Assembly: GCA_013205245.1 (NCBI GenBank) | Contig: JABMNH010000023.1 | Span: forward strand, 878 to 64,877 | Source: Flavobacteriales bacterium | GTDB lineage: Bacteria; Bacteroidota; Bacteroidia; Flavobacteriales; Flavobacteriaceae | Direction: 5' to 3' | Length of the DNA: 64,000 bases | Shown here: piece after piece, positions 50,411 to 58,806 of the stretch | How positions within the stretch are numbered: the stretch's first letter is position 1 | Layout of the letters: every line of letters starts with the position of its first letter | Translations under genes and position numbers: made by a program | The notes under the pieces: generated by a model | What the model was told of the DNA's origin: nothing | What the model saw: the letters and a program-made list of their open reading frames with translations, nothing else | Database searches by the model: none

Positions 50411-52043
50411 AAATAACAGTGTTTTGTTGATTAAACCAATTGGTGTAATTGGGCTGGTGAATTTTTTCAATCTGATTGCGTTTAGTTTTTAAGGTGGGTG
50501 TTAATAAGCCATTATCCATTGTCCAATCTTCATTCATTATGACTATTTTTTCTACCTTTTCGTGCTTTTCTAAAGTTGGATTAATTTGTTTTAAAGTTGT
50601 TGTTAAGGAGGTCGATAATTCTTCCTTAGTCAGTTTTTTTGCATTATCTGACAAAGTAATTAAAGCAATGGGTTGTGGAATGCCCATGCCAACAATACAA
50701 ATTTGCTCTATAGCCCCATTTTTTAAAAACTCTAATTCAATTGGGGCAGGGGCAATATATTTGCCTTTATCGGTTTTAAATTGGTCTTTTATACGACCGG
50801 TAATGTATAAATATTGGTGGTTATATTCGCCTATATCACCTGTTTTTAAATAGCCATCGCTGTCAAAACTTTCTTTGGTTTCCTTGGGCATTTTGTAGTA
50901 GCCTAACATTAAACAATTGCTTTTTATACAAACTTCGCCCAGTTCATTAAGCTTTGCCGTAACGCCCGGTAAGGGTTTTCCTACGGATCCTTTTATATTT
51001 TGACCGGGTAAATTAAAATGCGATAAGGCGCAATCTTCGGTCATACCATAAGCTTGATGAATGGTGATGCCAATTTTTTCATACCAATCCATCACACTTA
51101 CTGCTAAAGGTGCGGCACCAGAAAAAATAATTTTGGCTTCGCTTAAACCTAATTTTTTCGCTAATTTCTTTTTGAAAAATGAATTTAAAATAGGGATTGA
51201 TAAGATGAGGTTTAATTTTTTTTGTGGAATGCTATCAAGGATTTTCTCTTTGAATTTTGCATAAATCCGGGGCACCGCAAAAAACAAATGAGGTTGTAAA
51301 CTTTCTAAATCGGCAGCAAAAGTTTCGAGAGATTCTGGAAAGGTAAAAGAAGCGCCTCTATAAAGGCCTTGCATTTCTATACCCATTCGTTCGGCGATAT
51401 GTGATAGTGGTAAGTATGAGAAAAATCGTGGATAATCTGGCAAATGAAAAATTTGTAAGGCTGTATTTGAGGCTTGTGCAAAGCTGCTGACTTTATGCAT
51501 AACGCCTTTTGGAACACCCGTAGTACCAGAGGTATAGATAATTGTGAATAAATCGTCATCTTTTAGGTTGACAATATTATTTATTGGTGATGTGTTTTCT
51601 GCCAATGTTTCCCAAGACAATTCTTCTTCAATTCCATACAAAGAAATACCTATTTTAGGGATGTTTTTAATACCGCTTTTTTGCGATTCGTAATCATCTA
51701 GCTTTCCAATAATGATGGCTTTTGCTTCACTGTGATTAAGTATGTATTCAATAGAATCTGCATTTAAAGTAGGGTAAATAGGCACAGAAACATAACCGCC
51801 CATCATAATGGCTAAATCTGCCATTATCCAATACGCACAGTTTTTTGAAAGCAGTGCTATTTTTCCCTTTTCGGGGATATTTAAATTTTTTATACTTTGA
51901 GCGATTTTGCGTATTTCAAGCCCAGCTTCTTGGTAAGTATAGGTTTTGTTTTTTCCTTTAATAGGCTGATTGAAAAATACTTTTTCTGGCTGAATGCCTT
52001 CCCAATATAAGAAAGCATCAACAGGTGTTTTAAATGTTTGCAT
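50400..52043 (-). CDS. Long-chain fatty acid-CoA ligase (AMP-forming, COG1022-type)
   Basis: AMP-binding motif IIYTSGTTGVPKGVMH, YGMTE, GDIG, and C-terminal TPTLKTKRN. Confidence 0.9.
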   Translation of the reverse strand: MQTFKTPVDAFLYWEGIQPEKVFFNQPIKGKNKTYTYQEAGLEIRKIAQSIKNLNIPEKGKIALLSKNCAYWIMADLAIMMGGYVSVPIYPTLNADSIEYILNHSEAKAIIIGKLDDYESQKSGIKNIPKIGISLYGIEEELSWETLAENTSPINNIVNLKDDDLFTIIYTSGTTGVPKGVMHKVSSFAQASNTALQIFHLPDYPRFFSYLPLSHIAERMGIEMQGLYRGASFTFPESLETFAADLESLQPHLFFAVPRIYAKFKEKILDSIPQKKLNLILSIPILNSFFKKKLAKKLGLSEAKIIFSGAAPLAVSVMDWYEKIGITIHQAYGMTEDCALSHFNLPGQNIKGSVGKPLPGVTAKLNELGEVCIKSNCLMLGYYKMPKETKESFDSDGYLKTGDIGEYNHQYLYITGRIKDQFKTDKGKYIAPAPIELEFLKNGAIEQICIVGMGIPQPIALITLSDNAKKLTKEELSTSLTTTLKQINPTLEKHEKVEKIVIMNEDWTMDNGLLTPTLKTKRNQIEKIHQPNYTNWFNQQNTVIYEQ

Positions 52044-52110
52044 AGAAAAGGATAAAAATTTGAGGTTAAATATAAATAAATATATTTATGAATCTAGAAA
52101 AAGAGAGAAA

Positions 52111-53025
52111 CTAGATACTAATAACCAATCCTTCTTTGGCTAAAACAACATTTTCAAATTGGTTTAGCGCTTCTTTTAAAAAGAGACTTTCATCAGTGTA
52201 GCGACTCGAAAAATGACCTAAAATAAGTTGATTAACTTGTGCTTGTTGGGCAATTGTAGATGCCTCTGAGGCAGTACTGTGTTTGGTTTTTGTTGCCAAT
52301 TTAGCATCGGATTCTAAAAAAGTAGATTCGTGGTATAACAAATCAACATCCTTAATTAGCGGCACAATTTTAGGATAGAAACTTGTATCGCTACAAAAAG
52401 CGTAGCTTTTTGGCGGCGGCGGATTTGATGTTAGTTTTTCATTTTTAATAACAGTGCCATTTTCTAAAATAAAATCTTTGCCATTTTTTAGGTTTTGATA
52501 ATCGCAAGTGTCAATGTCTTTAATTTTACCAACCGCTGCCATATTGAGTTTGCGCTCACCAATTTTTTCTTTAAATAAATAGCCATTGGTATATACGCGG
52601 TGATTTAAAGGGATGGTGAAAACCGAAACCTTGTCACTTTCAAAAATCAGCTCACTTTTTTTAGAACCTAGTTCATGAAAAACCAAGTCGTAACTCAAAA
52701 AAGATTTTCCTAATTTTAGTTGTAATTCGGTTATTTCTTTAATGCCTTTAGGTCCGTAAATATGCAATTCTGTTTGACGCTGATATAGGCTAAATGTAGA
52801 TATAAGTCCGACAAGGCCAAAATAATGATCGCCATGTAAATGCGAAATAAAAATTCTAGAAATTTTAGAAAATTTGACTTTATGTTTTCGTAATTGTACT
52901 TGTGTGCCTTCGCCACAATCAATTAAAAAATGCTCATTATTAATGCTTAAAAACTGAGATGTTGGGTACGCAAAAGTGCGCGGTGTAGCCGAATGGCATC
53001 CTAATATGGTTAAAGAAATACTCAT
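52111..53025 (-). CDS. rnz: Ribonuclease Z
   Basis: Metallo-beta-lactamase motif SHLHGDHYFGL; about 300 aa short-form RNase Z with LGCHSATP N-terminus. Confidence 0.9.
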   Translation of the reverse strand: MSISLTILGCHSATPRTFAYPTSQFLSINNEHFLIDCGEGTQVQLRKHKVKFSKISRIFISHLHGDHYFGLVGLISTFSLYQRQTELHIYGPKGIKEITELQLKLGKSFLSYDLVFHELGSKKSELIFESDKVSVFTIPLNHRVYTNGYLFKEKIGERKLNMAAVGKIKDIDTCDYQNLKNGKDFILENGTVIKNEKLTSNPPPPKSYAFCSDTSFYPKIVPLIKDVDLLYHESTFLESDAKLATKTKHSTASEASTIAQQAQVNQLILGHFSSRYTDESLFLKEALNQFENVVLAKEGLVISI

Positions 53026-53027
53026 AA

Positions 53028-53360
53028 TTAAAAACCAAGGTCGCGCTCCATGGCTTCCATTTCTAAGGTGTCTTCGGCTTCTAAAAGGGTGGGTGTACAG
53101 GTTATTTTTTCTGAAACTAAATCGACATCTATATTTTGAACAACAACAATAAACGATTTTTTAAGGGCTTTGCTTTGCGTTGTCCAAACTAATAATTTAT
53201 TGATGTTTTCTGTAGTAGTATCAATAATAATAGATAAATCTACAATAAGATGGTTTTGTTTTTGACTATTATAAACCGCATCAAAATCGTTAAAAAAAGC
53301 TTCAAAGTTTTGAGATTCAAATTTTATTAATGTGTAATTTTCTTTTTTTTCAACGAACAT
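53028..53360 (-). CDS. Small conserved hypothetical protein (110 aa; STAS-like pattern is only an impression)
   Basis: ATG 53360 is one nt after the pyrB stop, and the gene's stop is 2 nt before the rnz start. The tracked start at 53420 would overlap pyrB by 59 nt. Confidence 0.55.
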   Translation of the reverse strand: MFVEKKENYTLIKFESQNFEAFFNDFDAVYNSQKQNHLIVDLSIIIDTTTENINKLLVWTTQSKALKKSFIVVVQNIDVDLVSEKITCTPTLLEAEDTLEMEAMERDLGF

Positions 53361-53361
53361 A

Positions 53362-54294
53362 TTAAGCGTTTTTAATTTGTTCGGCCAATAAATAAATAAC
53401 AGCCATACGAATGGCAACACCGTTTTCTACTTGATTTAAGATGATGGCTTGTTTAGAATCGGCCACATCGCTGGTAATTTCTACACCTCTATTTATGGGG
53501 CCAGGATGCATAATAACAATCTCTTTATTAAGGCTGTCTAATTTTTGTTTATTGATGCCAAAAAGTTGGGTGTATTCTCTTACGCTTGGAAAATATTTAA
53601 TATCCATGCGTTCGTGTTGCACGCGTAAAACATTGGCCACATCACACCATTGAAGTGCCTTGTCAATATTTAATTCAACATCTACGCCTAAAGATTTAAT
53701 ATGCTTCGGAATTAAAGTTGCTGGTCCACAAACCTTGACATTAGCGCCGAGCATTTGCAGTGAAAATATGTTTGAAAGTGCCACACGCGAGTGCAATATA
53801 TCGCCAACAATCACAATATTTTTACCTTTTATACTGCCTAATTTTTCTTTGATAGAATAAGCATCTAATAAAGCTTGTGTTGGATGCTCGTGTGTGCCAT
53901 CTCCAGCATTTATAATTCTGGCATTCACGTGTTTTGATAAAAATACGCCCGCACCAACATCGGGATGACGCATCACAACAATATCAACTTTCATTGATAA
54001 AATATTGTTGACAGTATCTATAAGTGTTTCTCCTTTTTTGACAGATGATTGGTTTGCAGAAAAATTGATAACATCCGCCGAAAGGCGTTTTTCGGCCAAT
54101 TCAAAAGAGAGGCGTGTGCGTGTGCTGTTTTCAAAAAATAAATTGGCTATGGTAATATCTCTTAATGAAGGTACTTTTTTAATGGGCCTGTTTATGACTT
54201 CTTTAAAGTGATCGGCTGTATCAAATATAAGTTCAATGTCTTGCTTGGTTATATTTTTGATACCTAATAAATGTTTTGAGCTAAACCCTGCCAT
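53362..54294 (-). CDS. pyrB: Aspartate carbamoyltransferase catalytic subunit
   Basis: FFENSTRTRLSFE, HPTQALLD and HPGPINRG motifs. Confidence 0.96.
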   Translation of the reverse strand: MAGFSSKHLLGIKNITKQDIELIFDTADHFKEVINRPIKKVPSLRDITIANLFFENSTRTRLSFELAEKRLSADVINFSANQSSVKKGETLIDTVNNILSMKVDIVVMRHPDVGAGVFLSKHVNARIINAGDGTHEHPTQALLDAYSIKEKLGSIKGKNIVIVGDILHSRVALSNIFSLQMLGANVKVCGPATLIPKHIKSLGVDVELNIDKALQWCDVANVLRVQHERMDIKYFPSVREYTQLFGINKQKLDSLNKEIVIMHPGPINRGVEITSDVADSKQAIILNQVENGVAIRMAVIYLLAEQIKNA

Positions 54295-54314
54295 TATTTT
54301 TTTAATACTTTAAA

Positions 54315-54851
54315 TTAACTAACCATATATACTGCGTCTGCTTTGTCTCGCTCCTGCCATTGTACCAAAACTTTTTCTTGATTGATGGCGTCAACTTGAA
54401 AGCCTTTATAATCGGGTTGAATAGGTAAATGTCTGCTAAAACGTCTGTCTATTAAAACCAATAATTCGATGTCGCTTGGTCTGCCAAAAGATTGGATTGC
54501 TGTTAAAGCGGCTCTAATACTGCGTCCAGAAAATAAGACATCATCAATAAAAACCACTTTTTTATTTTCTATTGTAAAATCTATAGATGTTGTGCTTGCT
54601 GCCAAAGGCGCATCACGTCTTCTAAAGTCATCCCTGTAAAAGGTAATGTCTAGCTGACCTAATTTAAGAGTTTTTATCTTATAATCGTTTTGTAAAATGT
54701 CTGCCAAACGCTTTGCTAAAAACACACCTCTTGGCTGAAGCCCAATAAGTACGGTGTCTGTAAAATCGTTGTGGTTTTCAATAAGCTGACAGGCTAAACG
54801 TTGCAATATTATTGCTATTGCATTGCCATTAAGTAGTTTTTTTTTAGCCAT
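54315..54851 (-). CDS. pyrR: Bifunctional pyrimidine operon regulator / uracil phosphoribosyltransferase PyrR
   Basis: PRTase motif VVFIDDVLFSGRSIRAAL, ITFYRDD, 178 aa, immediately upstream of pyrB. Confidence 0.93.
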   Translation of the reverse strand: MAKKKLLNGNAIAIILQRLACQLIENHNDFTDTVLIGLQPRGVFLAKRLADILQNDYKIKTLKLGQLDITFYRDDFRRRDAPLAASTTSIDFTIENKKVVFIDDVLFSGRSIRAALTAIQSFGRPSDIELLVLIDRRFSRHLPIQPDYKGFQVDAINQEKVLVQWQERDKADAVYMVS

Positions 54852-55016
54852 TTTAGCAATAAATATTTGCTTTTCTGGGATACAAAGTTACAGTTTTTTT
54901 AATTGTTCTTACTTAAAATAATTTGTTAATTAGTTTGTTAAAAACAATAAGTAGGTATTTGTTTAATACACGCCTTCAAACTGTAAATTTAGCACTATAC
55001 TTATCCTACTTTATTT

Positions 55017-56408
55017 ATGGAAGATTTTTCTTCAGAAAATTACGAATTTTATATTTCTAAGTTTGAATCGATGCTAAAAACCAATAGCGTTTATTTTTTC
55101 GATTCAGTTGCCTTTGAAACAATTATTCAGCATTATATGGATAACGGTAAAATGGCTTTGGCCGATAAGGCTATAAAATTAGGTCTTGCACAACATCCAT
55201 CATCAATTACATTACAACTTTTAAAAGTTGAACTGCTGGTTTTTGAAAACAAGTTAGAACCTGCAGAAATATTATTGCAAAATCTGTTAGAAATTGAACC
55301 TACAAACGAAGAAATTTATATCCAGAAAGCCAATTTATTATCAAAAAAGGATAAGCATTTAGAGGCTATAGAAGCTTTAGAAATGGCCTTAAATTTTGCC
55401 GAAGACACGGTAGATGTTTACACACTAATGGGTATGGAATTCCTTTATTTAGATGAGTACGAAGCGGCACGTTTAAATTTTGCCAAATGTTTGGATGTTG
55501 ATTACGAAGATTATTCTGCTTTGTACAACGTTGTTTATTGTTTTGATATGCTACATCAGCACGATAACGCGCTAGATTATTTAAAAAATTATATAGATAA
55601 AGATCCTTACAGCGAGGTGGCTTGGCATCAAATGGGATGTCAATATTTTACTTTAGGTTCTTACGAAGAGGCTTTAAGAGCTTTCGATTATGCTGTTGTT
55701 ATAGATGAATATTTTCTTGGTGGATATCTTGAAAAAGCCAAAACTTTAGAAAAGTTAGGACGCTATAAAGACGCTATAGACAATTATTTAATCACGCTTA
55801 AATTAGCCGATGCTAATTCGTTTACATTCTTGCACATTGGTCAGTGTTACGAAGCTTTGGCTGATACAAAAATGGCTTTGAAATTTTATGACAAAACAGT
55901 TCACGAAGATCCTTTATTAGATAAAGGTTGGTTGGCTTTGACCAATTTAAATTATACTGAAGGCAATTATGCAAAAGCTTTATCTTGTATAAATAAAGCC
56001 TTAAAAATTGACCATGAGAACAGTTTATATTGGCGTAAATACAGCCAGATAACTTTAAAATTGAATTTATTTGAAGAAGCTACTTTAGGTTTTAAAAAAT
56101 GTTTAGAGTTAGGCGATGACGAGCTCAATGTTTGGCTTGGTTATGTTGATATTTTACTCTTTTTAGGTGAAAACAAAGAGGCTTATTCTTTATTAAATAA
56201 AGCACATGTTTTATATGATAATAGTGTTGAGATAAATTACAGATTGGCGTGTTTAGCGTTTCTTTTTAAGAACAAAAAAGTGGCTTTTGGTTTATTAGAT
56301 CAGGCATTGCAAGAAGATTTTGAGCAATATAAGGAAGTGAGACTTTTATTCCCCGCTATTTTTAAAACAGAAAAAGTTCAGGCACTTTTAAAAATGCACA
56401 AAAAATAA
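55017..56408 (+). CDS. Tetratricopeptide repeat protein
   Basis: Repeated 34-aa A-x-x-x-Y/F...A...P patterns throughout 463 aa. No signal peptide. Confidence 0.85.
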   Translation: MEDFSSENYEFYISKFESMLKTNSVYFFDSVAFETIIQHYMDNGKMALADKAIKLGLAQHPSSITLQLLKVELLVFENKLEPAEILLQNLLEIEPTNEEIYIQKANLLSKKDKHLEAIEALEMALNFAEDTVDVYTLMGMEFLYLDEYEAARLNFAKCLDVDYEDYSALYNVVYCFDMLHQHDNALDYLKNYIDKDPYSEVAWHQMGCQYFTLGSYEEALRAFDYAVVIDEYFLGGYLEKAKTLEKLGRYKDAIDNYLITLKLADANSFTFLHIGQCYEALADTKMALKFYDKTVHEDPLLDKGWLALTNLNYTEGNYAKALSCINKALKIDHENSLYWRKYSQITLKLNLFEEATLGFKKCLELGDDELNVWLGYVDILLFLGENKEAYSLLNKAHVLYDNSVEINYRLACLAFLFKNKKVAFGLLDQALQEDFEQYKEVRLLFPAIFKTEKVQALLKMHKK

Positions 56409-57053
56409 TTACGCCCCTTTTTTACTATTATAGCCTAAAATAATATTCCTAGAATATATTATAAATCCGAATAGTTGACCGATAAATAATACAGGGTCTT
56501 TACGCATAATGGCATAACTCAAAATCATTAAAGAACCAATTAAGCTGAGCATCCAAAAGCCGGCTGGCAGCGTAGATTCTTTATTTTTTTCTGAATACAA
56601 CCACTGATAAATAAAACGTAATGCAAATATTATTTGTGCCGTACTTCCCCAAATAACAAGTCCAGTAGAGATATTTTTATTTCTAAACAGTCTGTCTATA
56701 TCGTACATATTATTGTTAAAAGAGTAGGTGATTATCAGTAATGGAAAAACATATAAAAACAACCTTAAGATGAGCGGTAATTTTTTCCAAGAACCTTGCA
56801 ATTGCATATTGCGGATGTAAATAAAGTAAGTTAAAGTTTGTCCTAGCATAATAGCAAAATCATCGCGAAGCCATCCGTAAACAAATAATAAAAAAGAAGC
56901 GACCAAACTAAGTTTCCAAAAAACTTCTGGCGTTAAAACTTGTTTTGCTTTTTCAGATTTAAACCACTGCGATAACAATCTTGCAGAAAACAGTATTTGC
57001 GCCAAAAATCCAATGATGTACACAAAAGATTTATATGATAACCAATCGTCCAT
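56409..57053 (-). CDS. Membrane protein made of two LAB_N (lipid-A-disaccharide synthase N-terminal-like) repeats
   Basis: There is an internal duplication. AQILFSARLLSQWFKSEKAKQ...PEVFWKLSL aligns with AQIIFALRFIYQWLYSEKNKE...PAGFWMLSL, with one linker TM between the copies. Confidence 0.8.
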   Translation of the reverse strand: MDDWLSYKSFVYIIGFLAQILFSARLLSQWFKSEKAKQVLTPEVFWKLSLVASFLLFVYGWLRDDFAIMLGQTLTYFIYIRNMQLQGSWKKLPLILRLFLYVFPLLIITYSFNNNMYDIDRLFRNKNISTGLVIWGSTAQIIFALRFIYQWLYSEKNKESTLPAGFWMLSLIGSLMILSYAIMRKDPVLFIGQLFGFIIYSRNIILGYNSKKGA

Positions 57054-57776
57054 TTACTTAATATTGGTTTTGTCAATAAGGTAATTTATGTTTCTACTGC
57101 GCATCCAACGGTAGGCAAAAGCATCTATTAAAGGCCCGAAAGAACGGTTGAAAATATTGAATTTAGATTTTCCTGCCAGACGTTCAAAATGTTGCACATT
57201 TATTTGTTTAATTGTGCCGCTTTGAAGTTTAATAAGGGCCGGAATAAAACGGTGCATGCCTTTAAAAAATGGTATTTTTTTAGCCACATTTGCATGGATG
57301 ACTTTTAACGGGCAACCTGTATCTATAATACCATCATTAATTAAAGCGCGTCTGATGCTGTTGGCAAATTTTGATTGAATTTTTTTATTCAAAGAGTCTT
57401 TTCTGTTGCCACGATAACCAACAACAGCACTGTAATTGTCTATGTGTTTTAAAAGTTTGTCGAAGTCAAAAGGAGAGGTTTGCAAATCGGCATCAATATA
57501 ACCGATGAGTGGCGTCTTTATAGTGTCGATACCCGCTTTAATAGCAGTGCTTAATCCACAATTGTACTTGAATTTTAAAAATTCAAAATTGGAATTATTG
57601 CGACAGACGTTTTCAATTTTAGAAAAACTATCATCGGTAGAGCCATCATCAATAAATAAAACTTTACTCTTTGTTGGGCTTTTTGAAAAGTAATCGGTAA
57701 AAGTACTGGCTATGCGATTAATGTTGTCAGATTCGTTAAAAACGGGCACAATTACGGTCATTTTAAAATCTGTCAT
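57054..57776 (-). CDS. Glycosyltransferase family 2, polyprenyl-phosphate sugar synthase type (DPM1/GtrB/ArnC-like), soluble form
   Basis: VIVPVFNE, IDDGSTDDS, DADLQ and ERLAGKSKF motifs. No C-terminal TM helices. Its stop abuts the ATG of the LAB_N gene. Confidence 0.82.
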   Translation of the reverse strand: MTDFKMTVIVPVFNESDNINRIASTFTDYFSKSPTKSKVLFIDDGSTDDSFSKIENVCRNNSNFEFLKFKYNCGLSTAIKAGIDTIKTPLIGYIDADLQTSPFDFDKLLKHIDNYSAVVGYRGNRKDSLNKKIQSKFANSIRRALINDGIIDTGCPLKVIHANVAKKIPFFKGMHRFIPALIKLQSGTIKQINVQHFERLAGKSKFNIFNRSFGPLIDAFAYRWMRSRNINYLIDKTNIK

Positions 57777-57857
57777 AAGATAAAAGTAATAAAACTTAGT
57801 GTAAAATTACAAATAATACGGCACTAAAAAGAAGCTTTATTTTCTGCTTTAAAAAGG

Positions 57858-57865
57858 TATCTTTG
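57858..57865 (+). promoter_or_regulatory. Candidate -7 box TATCTTTG upstream of the DUF368 operon
   Basis: Matches TAnnTTTG 20 nt before ATG 57886. I saw no clear -33 element. Confidence 0.25.
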
Positions 57866-57885
57866 ACTTTGTAAAAAGAAATAAG

Positions 57886-58803
57886 ATGAAGCGCACATTA
57901 AAAGACTATATAATAATTGGTTTAAAAGGCATAGCTATGGGTGCAGCCGATGTTGTTCCGGGTGTTTCTGGTGGTACAATTGCCTTTATTTCGGGCATAT
58001 ATCAAGAGCTTATAGATACCATAAACGCCATCAATTTTAAAGCTTTAAAAATATTAAAAAACGAAGGTATTAAAGCCACTTGGAAAGCTATAAATGGTAA
58101 TTTCTTAGCCTCATTGTTACTAGGAATTGGTATAAGTGTGATTTCTTTGGCACAATTTATAAAATGGCTGTTAGAAAATAAACCCGTTTTATTGTGGTCG
58201 TTCTTTTTTGGCCTTGTTTTAGCAAGTATTTTCTTTGTAGGAAAACAAGTTTCGAAATGGAATATCAAACATATAATTGTTTTAATTATTGGCGCTATTG
58301 TGGCATATTATATAACTGTTATACCCGCATTGGGTGCCAATACTTCGCCTTGGTTTATGTTTATGGCAGGGGCTTTGGCTATTTGCGCCATGATTTTACC
58401 GGGTATTTCTGGCAGTTTTATTTTGGTATTGTTAGGTGCGTACAAACCTGTTTTAGATGCGATTCACAATAAAGATTTCAAAACAATTTTTGTGTTAATG
58501 TTTGGTGCTGTTGTTGGGATTCTCACTTTTTCGCGTCTTTTAAAGTGGATGTTTGATCATCATAAAGACACAACATTGGCTGTTTTAACTGGATTTATTA
58601 TTGGATCATTAAACAAAATTTGGCCTTGGAAAGAAGTTCTACAATCAGAAATAATTAATGGAAAGTTAAAAATAATATTAGAAAAAAGCATTTCGCCTTT
58701 CCAGTATCAGGGTGATAACCAATTACTGTTGGCATTTGTTTTTGCCATTATAGGTTTTGGTGTGATAATTGTTCTTGAAAAATTTGCTCAAACACAAGCT
58801 TAA
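57886..58803 (+). CDS. DUF368 family membrane protein (PopT-type candidate undecaprenyl-phosphate translocase), paralog 1
   Basis: VVPGVSGGTIAFISGIY and LPGISGSFILVLLG signature pair; polytopic. Confidence 0.9.
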   Translation: MKRTLKDYIIIGLKGIAMGAADVVPGVSGGTIAFISGIYQELIDTINAINFKALKILKNEGIKATWKAINGNFLASLLLGIGISVISLAQFIKWLLENKPVLLWSFFFGLVLASIFFVGKQVSKWNIKHIIVLIIGAIVAYYITVIPALGANTSPWFMFMAGALAICAMILPGISGSFILVLLGAYKPVLDAIHNKDFKTIFVLMFGAVVGILTFSRLLKWMFDHHKDTTLAVLTGFIIGSLNKIWPWKEVLQSEIINGKLKIILEKSISPFQYQGDNQLLLAFVFAIIGFGVIIVLEKFAQTQA

Positions 58804-58806
58804 GAT

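Noticed and set aside
50411-50470. N-terminal extensions of tracked ORFs: the acylase at 50470, and also 7728-7766 (rpsH), 53361-53420 (small gene after pyrB), 23709-23729 (LysM protein), 21086-21109, 22180-22185, 5697-5708 and 44372-44377
   Set aside because: In each case a downstream ATG gives the family-typical N-terminus or a proper signal peptide, and removes an implausible overlap with the upstream gene. Several of the extensions begin at TTG or GTG codons.
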